Assembly: GCA_964450995.1 (NCBI GenBank)
Contig: CAYVFM010000003.1
Span: 1-40,139 of the forward strand
Reading direction: 5' to 3'
Length of the DNA stretch: 40,139 bases
Source of the DNA: an uncultured Gemmatimonadota bacterium
Lineage (GTDB): Bacteria > Gemmatimonadota > Gemmatimonadetes > Palauibacterales > Palauibacteraceae
Under the pieces are notes generated by a model. The model saw only the letters and a program-made list of their open reading frames with translations, was not told the origin of the DNA and ran no database searches. Shown piece after piece: positions 26,479-36,297 of the stretch (the stretch's first letter is position 1; each line of letters starts with the position of its first letter). A program made the translations under genes and the position numbers.

Positions 26479-28419
26479 CTACGGCGCCAGGGCTCGCTCC
26501 TCCACCAGACCCGTGACCTCGTCCACGAAGTCCTCCACGGGCATCACCTTCTGCTTGTCGTCGGCGCCGCGCTCGCGGACGGCGACGGTGCCCTCCTCCA
26601 GCTCCCGGTCGCCCAGGACCAGCAGGTACGGGACCTTCTGGAGCTCCCCGTCGCGGATCCGGTAGCTCAGCGTGTCCGATCGGTCGTCCACCTCGGCCCG
26701 GAGCCCGGCGTCCTCGAGCCGGTCGGTCACCTCGCGGGCTCCCTCGACGTGCTCGTCGGTGATCGGCAGCACCCGGGCCTGGACCGGCGCGAGCCAGACC
26801 GGGAAGGCGCCGGCGAAGTGCTCGATGAGGAAGCCGGTGAACCGCTCCAGCGTGCCGAAGATCGCCCGGTGGATCATCACCGGCCGGTGGGCCTCGTTGT
26901 CGGAGCCGATGTACTCCAGGTCGAAGCGCTCGGGGAGGTTGAAGTCGAGCTGGATGGTGGCGCCCTGCCACTCCCGGCCGATGGCGTCGTCGAACTTGAT
27001 GTCGATCTTCGGGCCGTAGAACGCGCCGCCGCCGCGGTCGATCCCGTACGCCCGGCCGATCCGGTCCAGGGCGTCCCGCAGCGAGGCCTCGGCGTCGTCC
27101 CAGGTCTCGTCGCTCCCGATCCGCCGCTCCGGCCGCGTCGAGAGGTCGAGCCGGTAGTCCAGCCCCAGGGTGTCCATCACCTCGTCCACCAGGTCGAGGC
27201 AGGTGTAGATCTCGTCCTCCACCTGGTCCGGGGTGCAGAAGATGTGGCCGTCGTCCATGGTGAGCATCCGGACCCGGAGCAGGCCGTGGAGGGTCCCCGA
27301 GCGCTCGTACCGGTAGACGTTGGCGATCTCCGACAGCCGGACGGGCAGGTCCCGGTAGCTGCGCTGGTCGGAGGCGTAGATCGTCGTGTGGCCCGGGCAG
27401 TTCATCGGCTTGACCCGGTAGGCCTCGCCCTCCCCCTCGCCCTCCATCCGGGGGTACATGTTCTCGGCGTAGTTCTCCAGGTGGCCCGAGCGCTCGAAGA
27501 GGTCCTCGCTGGTCACGTGGGGCGTGTAGACGAACTCGTAGCCCTCCCCGTCCAGCAGGTCCTCGATCCAGCGCCGGAGCTCCATCTGGATCCGGGCGCC
27601 CTTCGGGTGCCAGCAGACCAGCCCGGCGCCGATGTCGTCCTGGAAGCTGAAGAGGTCCAGCTCCGCGCCCAGCTTCCGGTGGTCCCGCTTCTTCGCCTCC
27701 TCCAGCCGGTCCAGGTGCTCCTGCAGGGCGTCCTCGCTGAAGTAGGCCGTCCCGTAGATGCGCTGGAGCATCGGGTTCGCCTCGTCGCCCCGCCAGTAGG
27801 CGCCCGAGGTGCTGGTCAGCTCGAAGTGCTCCACCTCGCCGGTGTCCGGGACGTGGGGCCCGCGGCAGAGGTCCGTGAAGGGGCCGTCCCGGTAGACCGA
27901 GATCGTCTCGTCCTCGGGGATCTCCTCCAGCCGCTCCAGCTTGTAGCGGTCGTCGGCGAACAGCTCCCGCGCCTCCTCCCGGTCCACCTCCTCGCGCTCG
28001 AAGGGGAAGGCGCGGTCGGCCACCTCGGCCATGCGCTCCTCCAGCTCCTCCAGGTCCTCCGGGGTGAAGGGCTCCGGGACGTCGAAGTCGTAGTAGAAGC
28101 CCTCGTCGACGGGCGGGCCGAAGCCGATGCCGGCGTCCGGGTACATCTCCCGGACCGCCGTGGCCAGCACGTGGGCCGCCGAGTGGCGGAGGAGATAGAG
28201 GGCGTCCTCGTCCTCGTCGGACCGGGTGACGATGGCCACCTCGGCGCCGTCCGGCAGGTCGCGGTTCAGGTCCCGCAGCTCGCCGTCCACCCGCGCGCCC
28301 ACCGCGTCGCGGGCCAGGCCGGGACCGATGGAGGCGGCCAGGTCGGCGGCGGTGGCGCCGGCCTCCAGCTCGAGCTCGGATCCGTCGGGAAGAGTGACCT
28401 CGATCCTGTCGTCGCTCAT
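26479..28419 (-). CDS. thrS: Threonine--tRNA ligase
   Basis: TGS domain N-terminus MSDDRIEVTLPDGSELELEAG. Editing-domain motif HSAAHVLA. Class II core motifs (FRxE-like YRYERSGTLHGLLRVRMLTMDDGHIF and GGGAFYGPKID). Anticodon-binding C-terminus. 646 aa. Confidence 0.96.
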   Translation of the reverse strand: MSDDRIEVTLPDGSELELEAGATAADLAASIGPGLARDAVGARVDGELRDLNRDLPDGAEVAIVTRSDEDEDALYLLRHSAAHVLATAVREMYPDAGIGFGPPVDEGFYYDFDVPEPFTPEDLEELEERMAEVADRAFPFEREEVDREEARELFADDRYKLERLEEIPEDETISVYRDGPFTDLCRGPHVPDTGEVEHFELTSTSGAYWRGDEANPMLQRIYGTAYFSEDALQEHLDRLEEAKKRDHRKLGAELDLFSFQDDIGAGLVCWHPKGARIQMELRRWIEDLLDGEGYEFVYTPHVTSEDLFERSGHLENYAENMYPRMEGEGEGEAYRVKPMNCPGHTTIYASDQRSYRDLPVRLSEIANVYRYERSGTLHGLLRVRMLTMDDGHIFCTPDQVEDEIYTCLDLVDEVMDTLGLDYRLDLSTRPERRIGSDETWDDAEASLRDALDRIGRAYGIDRGGGAFYGPKIDIKFDDAIGREWQGATIQLDFNLPERFDLEYIGSDNEAHRPVMIHRAIFGTLERFTGFLIEHFAGAFPVWLAPVQARVLPITDEHVEGAREVTDRLEDAGLRAEVDDRSDTLSYRIRDGELQKVPYLLVLGDRELEEGTVAVRERGADDKQKVMPVEDFVDEVTGLVEERALAP

Positions 28420-28453
28420 CGCGTACCCGTCGATGAAGGCGGTGAAAGGGGGC

Positions 28454-28475
28454 GGGCGCCGGGGCTCCGGCGCCC
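28454..28475 (-). terminator. Hairpin between the lipoprotein pair and thrS
   Basis: The minus strand reads GGGCGCCGG-AGCC-CCGGCGCCC (9-bp stem), then GCCCCCTTTC. A second hairpin, CGACGGG-N8-CCCGTCG, sits immediately after the lipoprotein stop. The U-tract is poor. Confidence 0.4.
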
Positions 28476-28537
28476 TGCTCTCGGGCGGGGCAAGCTAGCC
28501 CGGGCCGACGGGCCGTGCCACCCGTCGAGGCGCGACC

Positions 28538-29077
28538 TCAAGGCTCCCGGAGGACGCCGTAGCGGAGGACGCCGCCCGTCTCGTCCACCACCACCCAGAC
28601 CTTGCCGCCGGCGGCGGCCCCGAGGCTCGACGAGACCGCCCGAAGGGGCACGGCATCGCCCTCGGCCGTCTCGATCCGGTAGCCGGTGCCCGCCTCGTGC
28701 CGGAGGATCCCCACCAGCGGCTCGTCCCCGTCCACCGAGAGCACCTCGTAGCTCTCCACCCGGATCGCCGGGCCCGGGAACTCGCCCTCCGCCGCGGGCC
28801 CGGCCACCCGGACCCGGGCGCCCACGAGCCGGGTCAGCTCCCCGGCCAGCGGGCCGACGACCGTCGCCGACGTCGCCTCCCCCTCCACCACCGTGCGTGC
28901 GAAGGGGGTGCTGCCCACCTGCCGGACCATCCCCGTGACCGTGTCCCGGGCCGCCGCATCCGCCTCCCCCCGGCGGTCCTCCGACGCCCGATTCGCGCCG
29001 CACGCGGCCGCGGCCAGGACCAGGGCCAGGGCCAGCGCGCCCGCGGCCGCCGACGGAGCCCGCCGCCCCCCGCTCAT
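28538..29077 (-). CDS. Small lipoprotein (179 aa), unknown function, translationally coupled to the upstream metalloprotease gene
   Basis: C-terminal part of track ORF 28538..30892. The ATG 29077-29075 overlaps the upstream TGA (ATGA). It reads MSGGRRAPSAAAGALALALVLAAAACGANR (lipobox LAAAAC), then a beta-rich body: VTGMVRQVGSTPFARTVVEGE...VRVAGPAAEGEFPGPAIRVESYEVLSVDGDEPLVGIL...KVWVVVDETGGVLRYGVLREP. Confidence 0.75.
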   Translation of the reverse strand: MSGGRRAPSAAAGALALALVLAAAACGANRASEDRRGEADAAARDTVTGMVRQVGSTPFARTVVEGEATSATVVGPLAGELTRLVGARVRVAGPAAEGEFPGPAIRVESYEVLSVDGDEPLVGILRHEAGTGYRIETAEGDAVPLRAVSSSLGAAAGGKVWVVVDETGGVLRYGVLREP

Positions 29078-31857
29078 CGGACCCGCACCACCGTGATCTG
29101 GGGCTCCGCCGCCTCCGGGACCGGACCGCCCACCACGCTCGAGAGCTGAAGGGACAGCGCCGGGGCCGCCCCGTCGGACGCGAGCCGGAAGTAGATCTGG
29201 GTCGTGCCGCGGAGATCGAACTCGTAGGCCGTGCTCTCGAAGCCCGCCTCGGTGAAGCGGAGCGGGTAACCGGAGAACTGGCTCGTCCGCTCGCTCACGG
29301 CCGGGAGCACGTCCCGGAGGTCCCAGGACGGATAGGTGAACTCGCCGGGGACACCGTCCACGTCGTCGTCCACGTGGGCCACCGGCGAGTACGCCGCCAC
29401 CAGCTCGTTCCACGCCGGCCGCCGGCCGGCGACCCGCTCCACCGCCCGGAGCACCGCGTCCGTGCCCGTGAGGAGCTGCGGCCCGCCGTCGGCGATCGCC
29501 CGGAAGAGCTCCTCCTCGGCCGGGCCGCCCAGGAATCCCCCGCTCCCGGCCGGCACCCGCGTGTCGGCCAGCCACCGCAGGAAGCTCCAGGCGAAGCCCC
29601 GCATCTCGAGGCTCTCGACGCCGCCGGGATCGGAGGCACTCAGGGTCGGGGCGCTGGACGGGTTCTGGTAGTAGATCCCCAGCCGCAGCAGGTTCTGGAC
29701 GAAGTAGGCGTCGAAGTCCGCGCTGCCGCCGCCGGCCTCGGCGTGCGTCAGGTTCTGCCGCGGCGACAGCCCCGCCAGCCGCATCCCCACGACTTCCTCG
29801 GCGACGTGGGAGAGGCCCTCGTCCAGCCAGGTGTCCAGCAGGTCGTCGAAGTCCCCGCCCGACCGGATCAGCCGGACCGATGCGTTGATCAGGTGCTGCT
29901 GCTCGTGAGCCGAGGTGCCGCGGACGCTCCTCCGCGCCCCGTCGACCGAGATCGAGGGTCCCCAGCGTCCGTCCGGGTCCGGCGCCAGCAGGTAGAGGAG
30001 CTCGCCCTCGTTGCTCGTCGCGCAGGTGCCGCCGGCGTCCGTCCCGCCGCCCTCCGGGTCGCCCGAGTCGGCCAGGTCCGCCGAGCTGAAGAAGCCCGTG
30101 ATCCGGGCGTTCGGCTCCTCGCTCAGCATGTTGACCTCGGGGGAGATCAGCACGATCACCCGCTCGTTGTGGTCGATGTCCGAGGCCGACCCGAAGTAGG
30201 CGCTGTCGGCGGCGAAGATGGCGTCGTCGAACTCGTCCCGGAGCCGGTCGTAATCGTCCTGGTCGAAGCCCGGGACCTCCCGGGCCAGGGTGTCCTCGAC
30301 CAGCGCCACCCGCTGGCCCACCGCCCGGACCTCGGCCCCGATGCGCCGGAGCGTGTCGTCGCAGGTGATGCTGAGGTTGGGCCGGACGTAGAAGTTGATC
30401 CCCAGGGTGTCGCCCACCGACGGGGGCCCCGCCTGGTGGGACGTCCGGAGCCGGCCGGCTCCCTCGCGGGTCTCCGGCCGGACCGGGCGGGCGCCGACGC
30501 GACGGAGCTCGTCCCGGATGCTCCGGCGCAGCTCCAGCTCCCGGCGGGAGGCCGCCGCCAGCGGGCCGCGATCGGCGAAGGCGGCCTCGCGCCGAGCGCC
30601 CACCGTCCGAAGCGGAAGGGTGGCGCCGGCCTCCGGCCCGGAGCGGTGGATCCAGCGCATCGACGTCCGGCTCAGGGTCCGGGCCGCGCTCTGGACCTGG
30701 ATCCGGTAGGCCCATTCGGCGTCGGCGGACGCGAGCTGGAGGCAGCGCACCTCGTCGGCCGTCCGGAGCGTGGCCACCTCCCCCGGCGCCAGGGCCAGCG
30801 GCTCCCGGGCGGGACGGAGCGGGGCGTCGAGACCGTCGCTGAGCCGATCGCCGTCCCGGACCCTCACCCCGACGTCGCGGGCCGGCAGGCACCGCTCCTC
30901 GAAGGCCGGGACCTCGACCTCGAGCCGGTCGTCGGCCGCCGAGGTCACCGTGGCCTCCACGCCCTCCACCGTGACGGCGAGCGCGCCGGCGTCGCCCCCG
31001 AAGCCGCCCCCGAAGAGGGTGGCGGCCTCCCCGGCCCGGAGGGGACGCGGCCGGACCGAGTCCAGCGCGATGTCGCCGGCGGCGTCCGCCGAGGCGGTGG
31101 CGGTGAAGGTCACGGTGTCGGCGTGGTTCGGCACCACGGCCCTGACCCGGTGCTCACCCTCCGCGTCGGCCAGGGTCAGCAGCGTCCGGGCCCGGCCGTC
31201 GGCGTCGCTGAAGACGGTGTCGGCGGTGAGGCGGGCCCCGTCCCCCGTCACCGGCGAGGGCGCGTCCGTCACGGACCAGACCACCTCGACGCCCCCCGTC
31301 GGCTCGTTGTCGCCCGCCAACGTCCGGACCTCCAGGGCCTCGGGGAGCTGGCTCCCGGGCTCGGCCGACTGGCCGTCGCCGGCGGAGCGGCGGAGGCGGA
31401 CCACGCCGGGGGCGACGATCTCCACGTCGAACTCCAGCGGGTCCACGCCGGAGACGCCCGGCAGGGAGGCCCGGACGACGGAGTTGCCGGTGGCGTTCAC
31501 GGCCTCGAAGGTGGTCCGGGCCTCGCCGTCCGCGCCGGTGTCGGCCGCGTCCGGGTCCACCGTGCCCGAGCCGGCGGAGACCTCGAAGGCCACGCTCACG
31601 CCGGACAGCGGCTGGCCCGAGGCGTTCTCCACCCGGACGACCAGGGAGTCCTCCAGGGTCTCCCGGGCCACCACGGTGTCCGCCGGCGCCGAGACCCGGA
31701 GCAGCGAGGCCGGACGGTCGTCGCCGTTCATTCCGCCGCCTCCGCCGCCGTTCCCGCCGCAGGCCCCGGCCAGGACCGGGACGACCAGCACCACGGCGGC
31801 GGCCGCGACGCGGCGCGCCCCGGATCGATCCGCGCCCTTCCCTGCCGCAATTTCCAT
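29074..31857 (-). CDS. Large secreted protein or lipoprotein with bacterial Ig-like (Big_1-type), IPT/TIG-like and C-terminal HExxH gluzincin-type metalloprotease regions
   Basis: Track ORF 29074..31863. I prefer ATG 31857 because GGGGAG lies 7 nt upstream. Signal/lipobox-like RRVAAAAVVLVVPVLAGACGG. Two Big_1-like repeats (VVRVENASGQPLSGVSVAFEVSAGSGTVDP...ADGEARTTF and EVRTLAGDNEPTGGVEVVWSV...ADGRARTLLTL). IPT-like IALDSVRPRPLRAGEAATLFGGGF...VTVEGVEATVTS. Zinc motif SAHEQQHLIN, followed 24 residues later by WLDEGLSH as a candidate third Glu ligand. Confidence 0.85.
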   Translation of the reverse strand: MEIAAGKGADRSGARRVAAAAVVLVVPVLAGACGGNGGGGGGMNGDDRPASLLRVSAPADTVVARETLEDSLVVRVENASGQPLSGVSVAFEVSAGSGTVDPDAADTGADGEARTTFEAVNATGNSVVRASLPGVSGVDPLEFDVEIVAPGVVRLRRSAGDGQSAEPGSQLPEALEVRTLAGDNEPTGGVEVVWSVTDAPSPVTGDGARLTADTVFSDADGRARTLLTLADAEGEHRVRAVVPNHADTVTFTATASADAAGDIALDSVRPRPLRAGEAATLFGGGFGGDAGALAVTVEGVEATVTSAADDRLEVEVPAFEERCLPARDVGVRVRDGDRLSDGLDAPLRPAREPLALAPGEVATLRTADEVRCLQLASADAEWAYRIQVQSAARTLSRTSMRWIHRSGPEAGATLPLRTVGARREAAFADRGPLAAASRRELELRRSIRDELRRVGARPVRPETREGAGRLRTSHQAGPPSVGDTLGINFYVRPNLSITCDDTLRRIGAEVRAVGQRVALVEDTLAREVPGFDQDDYDRLRDEFDDAIFAADSAYFGSASDIDHNERVIVLISPEVNMLSEEPNARITGFFSSADLADSGDPEGGGTDAGGTCATSNEGELLYLLAPDPDGRWGPSISVDGARRSVRGTSAHEQQHLINASVRLIRSGGDFDDLLDTWLDEGLSHVAEEVVGMRLAGLSPRQNLTHAEAGGGSADFDAYFVQNLLRLGIYYQNPSSAPTLSASDPGGVESLEMRGFAWSFLRWLADTRVPAGSGGFLGGPAEEELFRAIADGGPQLLTGTDAVLRAVERVAGRRPAWNELVAAYSPVAHVDDDVDGVPGEFTYPSWDLRDVLPAVSERTSQFSGYPLRFTEAGFESTAYEFDLRGTTQIYFRLASDGAAPALSLQLSSVVGGPVPEAAEPQITVVRVR

Positions 31858-31961
31858 CCGCACGCTCCCCGGTGGTTCGGTCCCCCGTCCCGTGCACGAG
31901 AAGACCCCGGGCGCAGGCCCGCGTTCCCGTCGTCCCGGTCGCGGAGCCCGCCGAAACGCGA

Positions 31962-31990
31962 AGAGGCCCGGCCGTGACGGCCGGGCCTCT
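31962..31990 (-). terminator. Rho-independent terminator of groESL
   Basis: AGAGGCCCGGCCG-TGA-CGGCCGGGCCTCT is a 13-bp perfect stem, extendable by CGCGAAG/CTTCGCG with a 4-nt bulge. On the minus strand it is followed by TCGCGTTTCGG. It lies about 64 nt after the groEL stop. Confidence 0.7.
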
Positions 31991-32053
31991 CGCTTCGCGC
32001 CCGCCGCGGCCGCGGGGCGGCCGGGGGGCGTCGGGACGGCGGGGATCGGGACT

Positions 32054-33691
<1,638 letters not shown>

Positions 33692-33764
33692 GGTGGTTCT
33701 CTCCTGTCGGGTTTATGGGGTGAGGCTCGTGTCCTTCACGTCCGCGCGCTCGGTGCGGTAGAGG

Positions 33765-34079
33765 TCAGCCCTCCACGACGCCCAGGACCTGCTCCTCCTC
33801 GACGAGGAGGTACTCCTGGCCGCCGATCTCGACCTCGTTGCCCGCGTACTTGCCGTAGATGACCCGGTCCCCCACCTCGAGCTCCATGGGGAGCCGGTCG
33901 CCCTCCTCGTTCAGCTTGCCCGGGCCCACGGCCACGACGGTGCCCTGCTGGGGCTTCTCCTGGGCCGTGTCCGGGATGTAGAGGCCGCCGCGCATCTCCT
34001 CCTCCTCCTCGAGGGGCTGCACGACGACGTTGCTGCCGAGAGGGCGAATCTTGACTTCCTGCTTCGTGGCGGTAGGCAT
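33765..34079 (-). CDS. groS: Co-chaperonin GroES (10 kDa)
   Basis: MPTATKQEVKIRPLGSNVVVQPLEEEEEMRGGLYIPDTAQEKPQQGTVVAVGPGKLNEEGDRLPMELEVGDRVIYGKYAGNEVEIGGQEYLLV. ATG 34079 with GAGGAGGA upstream, giving 104 aa. The track ORF 33765..34295 is over-extended. Confidence 0.95.
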   Translation of the reverse strand: MPTATKQEVKIRPLGSNVVVQPLEEEEEMRGGLYIPDTAQEKPQQGTVVAVGPGKLNEEGDRLPMELEVGDRVIYGKYAGNEVEIGGQEYLLVEEEQVLGVVEG

Positions 34080-34474
34080 CTCCGCGTCCTCCTCGTGTTC
34101 GGGGCTCGTGCTGTCGTTGGCCTCGCCGGGTCCGGACGGACCCGACGCTTCCGCATCGAAAGGGACGCTGCCGCTCGACGAAGAGACGGCGCATCCGTGC
34201 GTTCGTGTGGTGCAGGAGGCGTGCCACCTCCACGGGCCCTCCCCGCGGCCGCTCCGGCACCCTCCCATGCCGATCTGACAACCGGCGCCGGCCACGTCCT
34301 GCCAAATTGGACCGCGGGAGGCCGCGCCCGTGGTCCGTCGCGTCTGAAACCCGCGGCGTTCCTCCCCCGTAGGGCCGCACGGAGGACGGGAGGCGGTTAG
34401 CTTGCGACGGGCCGCCCCCGGGAGACGCGCCGGCCGGGACGCCCCGGCCGATCACGACAGAGGAGGAGTGCCCG

Positions 34475-34675
34475 ATGATCCGCTCGCTGCTGATCCTGCT
34501 CGCCGTCGGCCTGGTGGGGATGGCCGTCATCGGCGTGGTGTTCTCGATGCTGGTGCCGCTGCTGGTCCTGGCGGTGAAGGTGGGCCTGGTGCTGGTGGTG
34601 GGCTACTTCGTGCTGCGCCTGGTCCGGCCCGACCTGGCCGACGAGTGCAAGCGCAAGCTGGAGGGGCGCGGCTGA
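34475..34675 (+). CDS. Small membrane protein (66 aa, two predicted TM helices)
   Basis: MIRSLLILLAVGLVGMAVIGVVFSMLVPLLVLAVKVGLVLVVGYFVLRLVRPDLADECKRKLEGRG. ATG preceded by GAGGAGGAG with 7-nt spacing. Third positions are GC-rich. No family recognised. Confidence 0.6.
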   Translation: MIRSLLILLAVGLVGMAVIGVVFSMLVPLLVLAVKVGLVLVVGYFVLRLVRPDLADECKRKLEGRG

Positions 34676-34694
34676 GGCCCGGCCCGCGCCTCAG
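34672..34694. terminator. Hairpin spanning both convergent stop codons (small membrane gene / coaX)
   Basis: CTGAGGC-CCGGCCCGC-GCCTCAG is a 7-bp stem. The TGA of the plus gene and the TCA (TGA) of coaX lie in opposite arms. An alternative stem GGCGCGG/CCGCGCC is possible. No U-tract. Confidence 0.4.
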
Positions 34695-35494
34695 CCCTCC
34701 TCCGGCCGGCCGCGGAGGTGGCGGTCGGCCAGCGCCAGCCCCCGCAGCGTGAGGTGGCGCTCCACCCGCTCCACCGATGCGCAGTGGGGCGCGATCACGT
34801 CCACCAGCCCGCCGGTGGCCACCACCAGGGGGTCCTCCGGCGACCACTCCTCCAGGATCCGGCCGACGATCCCGTCGATGCCGTCCACCACCGAGTAGAA
34901 GACCCCGGAGTCCAGGCACGCCTCCGTGCGCCGTCCGATGGTGCGCTCGGGCGGGCCGATCTCCACCTGGGGCAGCCGCGACGTCGCCCGCACCAGCCGC
35001 TCGAGGCCCGCGCGGGGGCCCGGCGCGATGACGCCGCCCAGGAAGGTCCCCCCCGCGGTGATGCAGTCGAAGGTGGTGGCGGTCCCCAGGTCCACCACCA
35101 CCGTGTCGCGGCCGAAGGTCTCGGCCGCCGCCAGGGTGTTCACGATCCGGTCCGCGCCCACGCCCGCCGGGTCGTCCACGTCCAGCTCGATCGGCAACGG
35201 CGAGTCCGGGCTCACCGGCACGTACTCCACGTTCAGCGTCCGGCAGGCCTCCTGCCACGCCCGGTCCATGCGGGGCACCACCGAGGCCACCACCGCCCGG
35301 CCCAGGGGCCCGTCGGAGGGCGAGAGCGAACGGTCCAGGAAGCCCTGGAGCAGGAAGGCGTGCTCGTCGGAGGTCCGGCGGGAGTCGGTGGCCAGCCGCC
35401 AGCTCTGGAGCAGGTCGGGCTCGGAGCCATCGGAGGCCTCCCGGAAGAGGCCCAGGACGGTCTCGGTGTTCCCGACGTCGATGGCGAGGATCAC
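34691..35494 (-). CDS. coaX: Type III pantothenate kinase
   Basis: (V)ILAIDVGNTETVLGLF..., VVVDLGTATTFDCITAGGTFLGGVIAPG and VVATGGL are present. The GTG start overlaps the birA TGA (GTGA). 267 aa. The track ORF 34691..35944 is over-extended. Confidence 0.92.
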   Translation of the reverse strand: MILAIDVGNTETVLGLFREASDGSEPDLLQSWRLATDSRRTSDEHAFLLQGFLDRSLSPSDGPLGRAVVASVVPRMDRAWQEACRTLNVEYVPVSPDSPLPIELDVDDPAGVGADRIVNTLAAAETFGRDTVVVDLGTATTFDCITAGGTFLGGVIAPGPRAGLERLVRATSRLPQVEIGPPERTIGRRTEACLDSGVFYSVVDGIDGIVGRILEEWSPEDPLVVATGGLVDVIAPHCASVERVERHLTLRGLALADRHLRGRPEEG

Positions 35495-36297
35495 GGCTCG
35501 GCCTCGACGCTGCCCCGGTCCAGCCGACGCAGGGCCCCGCGGTCGGGACGGAAGAGGAGCTTCCCGTCCGGAGCGATGCCGACGCAGACGCCCGGCAGGG
35601 GCTCGTCCTCCTCGGGCAGCGTGGTGAGCACGCGCCGGTCCTTGAGCCAGTCGTAGCGGTCCACCAGCTCCAGGGCCTTCGTGTCCAGGCTCGCGGGCAC
35701 CTCCGGCAGCCAGGCCTCCAGCCCCTCCAGCACCGCGTCGGCGGCCTCCACCAGCGGGGCCTCCCCGCCCAGCTCCTCGTCCAGCGACGTGGCCTCCGCC
35801 CCGGACCCGGCGGGCGCCTCCTCCAGGGGACGGACGTTGAGGCCCACCCCGGCCACCACGAAGCGGGGGCCCTCGTCCGACCAGACGGCCTCGCACAGGA
35901 CCCCGCCGGCCTTCCGGTCGCCCACCATCACGTCGTTGGGCCACTTCAGGGCCGGATCCAACCCGGCGAACCCCTCGTCGAGCCGCCGGACCACGCCGAG
36001 CCCGGCCAGCAGGGGGAGGAGGTCCGGGTTGGGGAGCGAGGCGGGCCGGAAGAGCACGCTCATGTAGACGCCGCCCGGCGGCGAGTGCCAGGAGCGCCCC
36101 TCCCGGCCGCGGCCCTCCGTCTGCCGGGCGGACAGCACGACGCTGCCCCCGGGGGCGTCCTCCTCCTCGGCCAGCGCCCGGGCCGCGTCGTTGGTGGAGG
36201 GCACGGAGGCGTACAGGTGGACGCCCTCCCGTCCCCAGCGGCTCCGCAGCTCCGCCGCGTCGTGTCCGTGCCAGCTCTCCGCCCGCTCCTCGCTCAT
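35491..36297 (-). CDS. birA: Biotin--[acetyl-CoA-carboxylase] ligase, apparently without an N-terminal HTH
   Basis: STNDAARALAEE..., SARQTEGRGREGRSWHSPPGGVYMSVLF and LKWPNDVMVGDRKAGGVLCE are present. The ATG overlaps the nadC TGA (ATGA). 268 aa. Confidence 0.9.
   Translation of the reverse strand: MSEERAESWHGHDAAELRSRWGREGVHLYASVPSTNDAARALAEEEDAPGGSVVLSARQTEGRGREGRSWHSPPGGVYMSVLFRPASLPNPDLLPLLAGLGVVRRLDEGFAGLDPALKWPNDVMVGDRKAGGVLCEAVWSDEGPRFVVAGVGLNVRPLEEAPAGSGAEATSLDEELGGEAPLVEAADAVLEGLEAWLPEVPASLDTKALELVDRYDWLKDRRVLTTLPEEDEPLPGVCVGIAPDGKLLFRPDRGALRRLDRGSVEAEP

Noticed and set aside
28420-28537. T-box or tRNA-mimic operator upstream of thrS
   Set aside because: The leader is only ~118 nt. 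It shows two plain GC hairpins, with no specifier or T-box-like conserved sequence and no obvious anticodon-arm mimic (no CU-NGU-AA loop). They are more simply read as terminators of the upstream lipoprotein pair.
34080-34474. Search for a CIRCE/HrcA operator or sigma32 promoter upstream of groES
   Set aside because: I found no TTAGCACTC...GAGTGCTAA-like inverted repeat and no CTTGAAA/CCCCAT pair on either strand. I recorded this as an open question in the findings rather than calling a feature.
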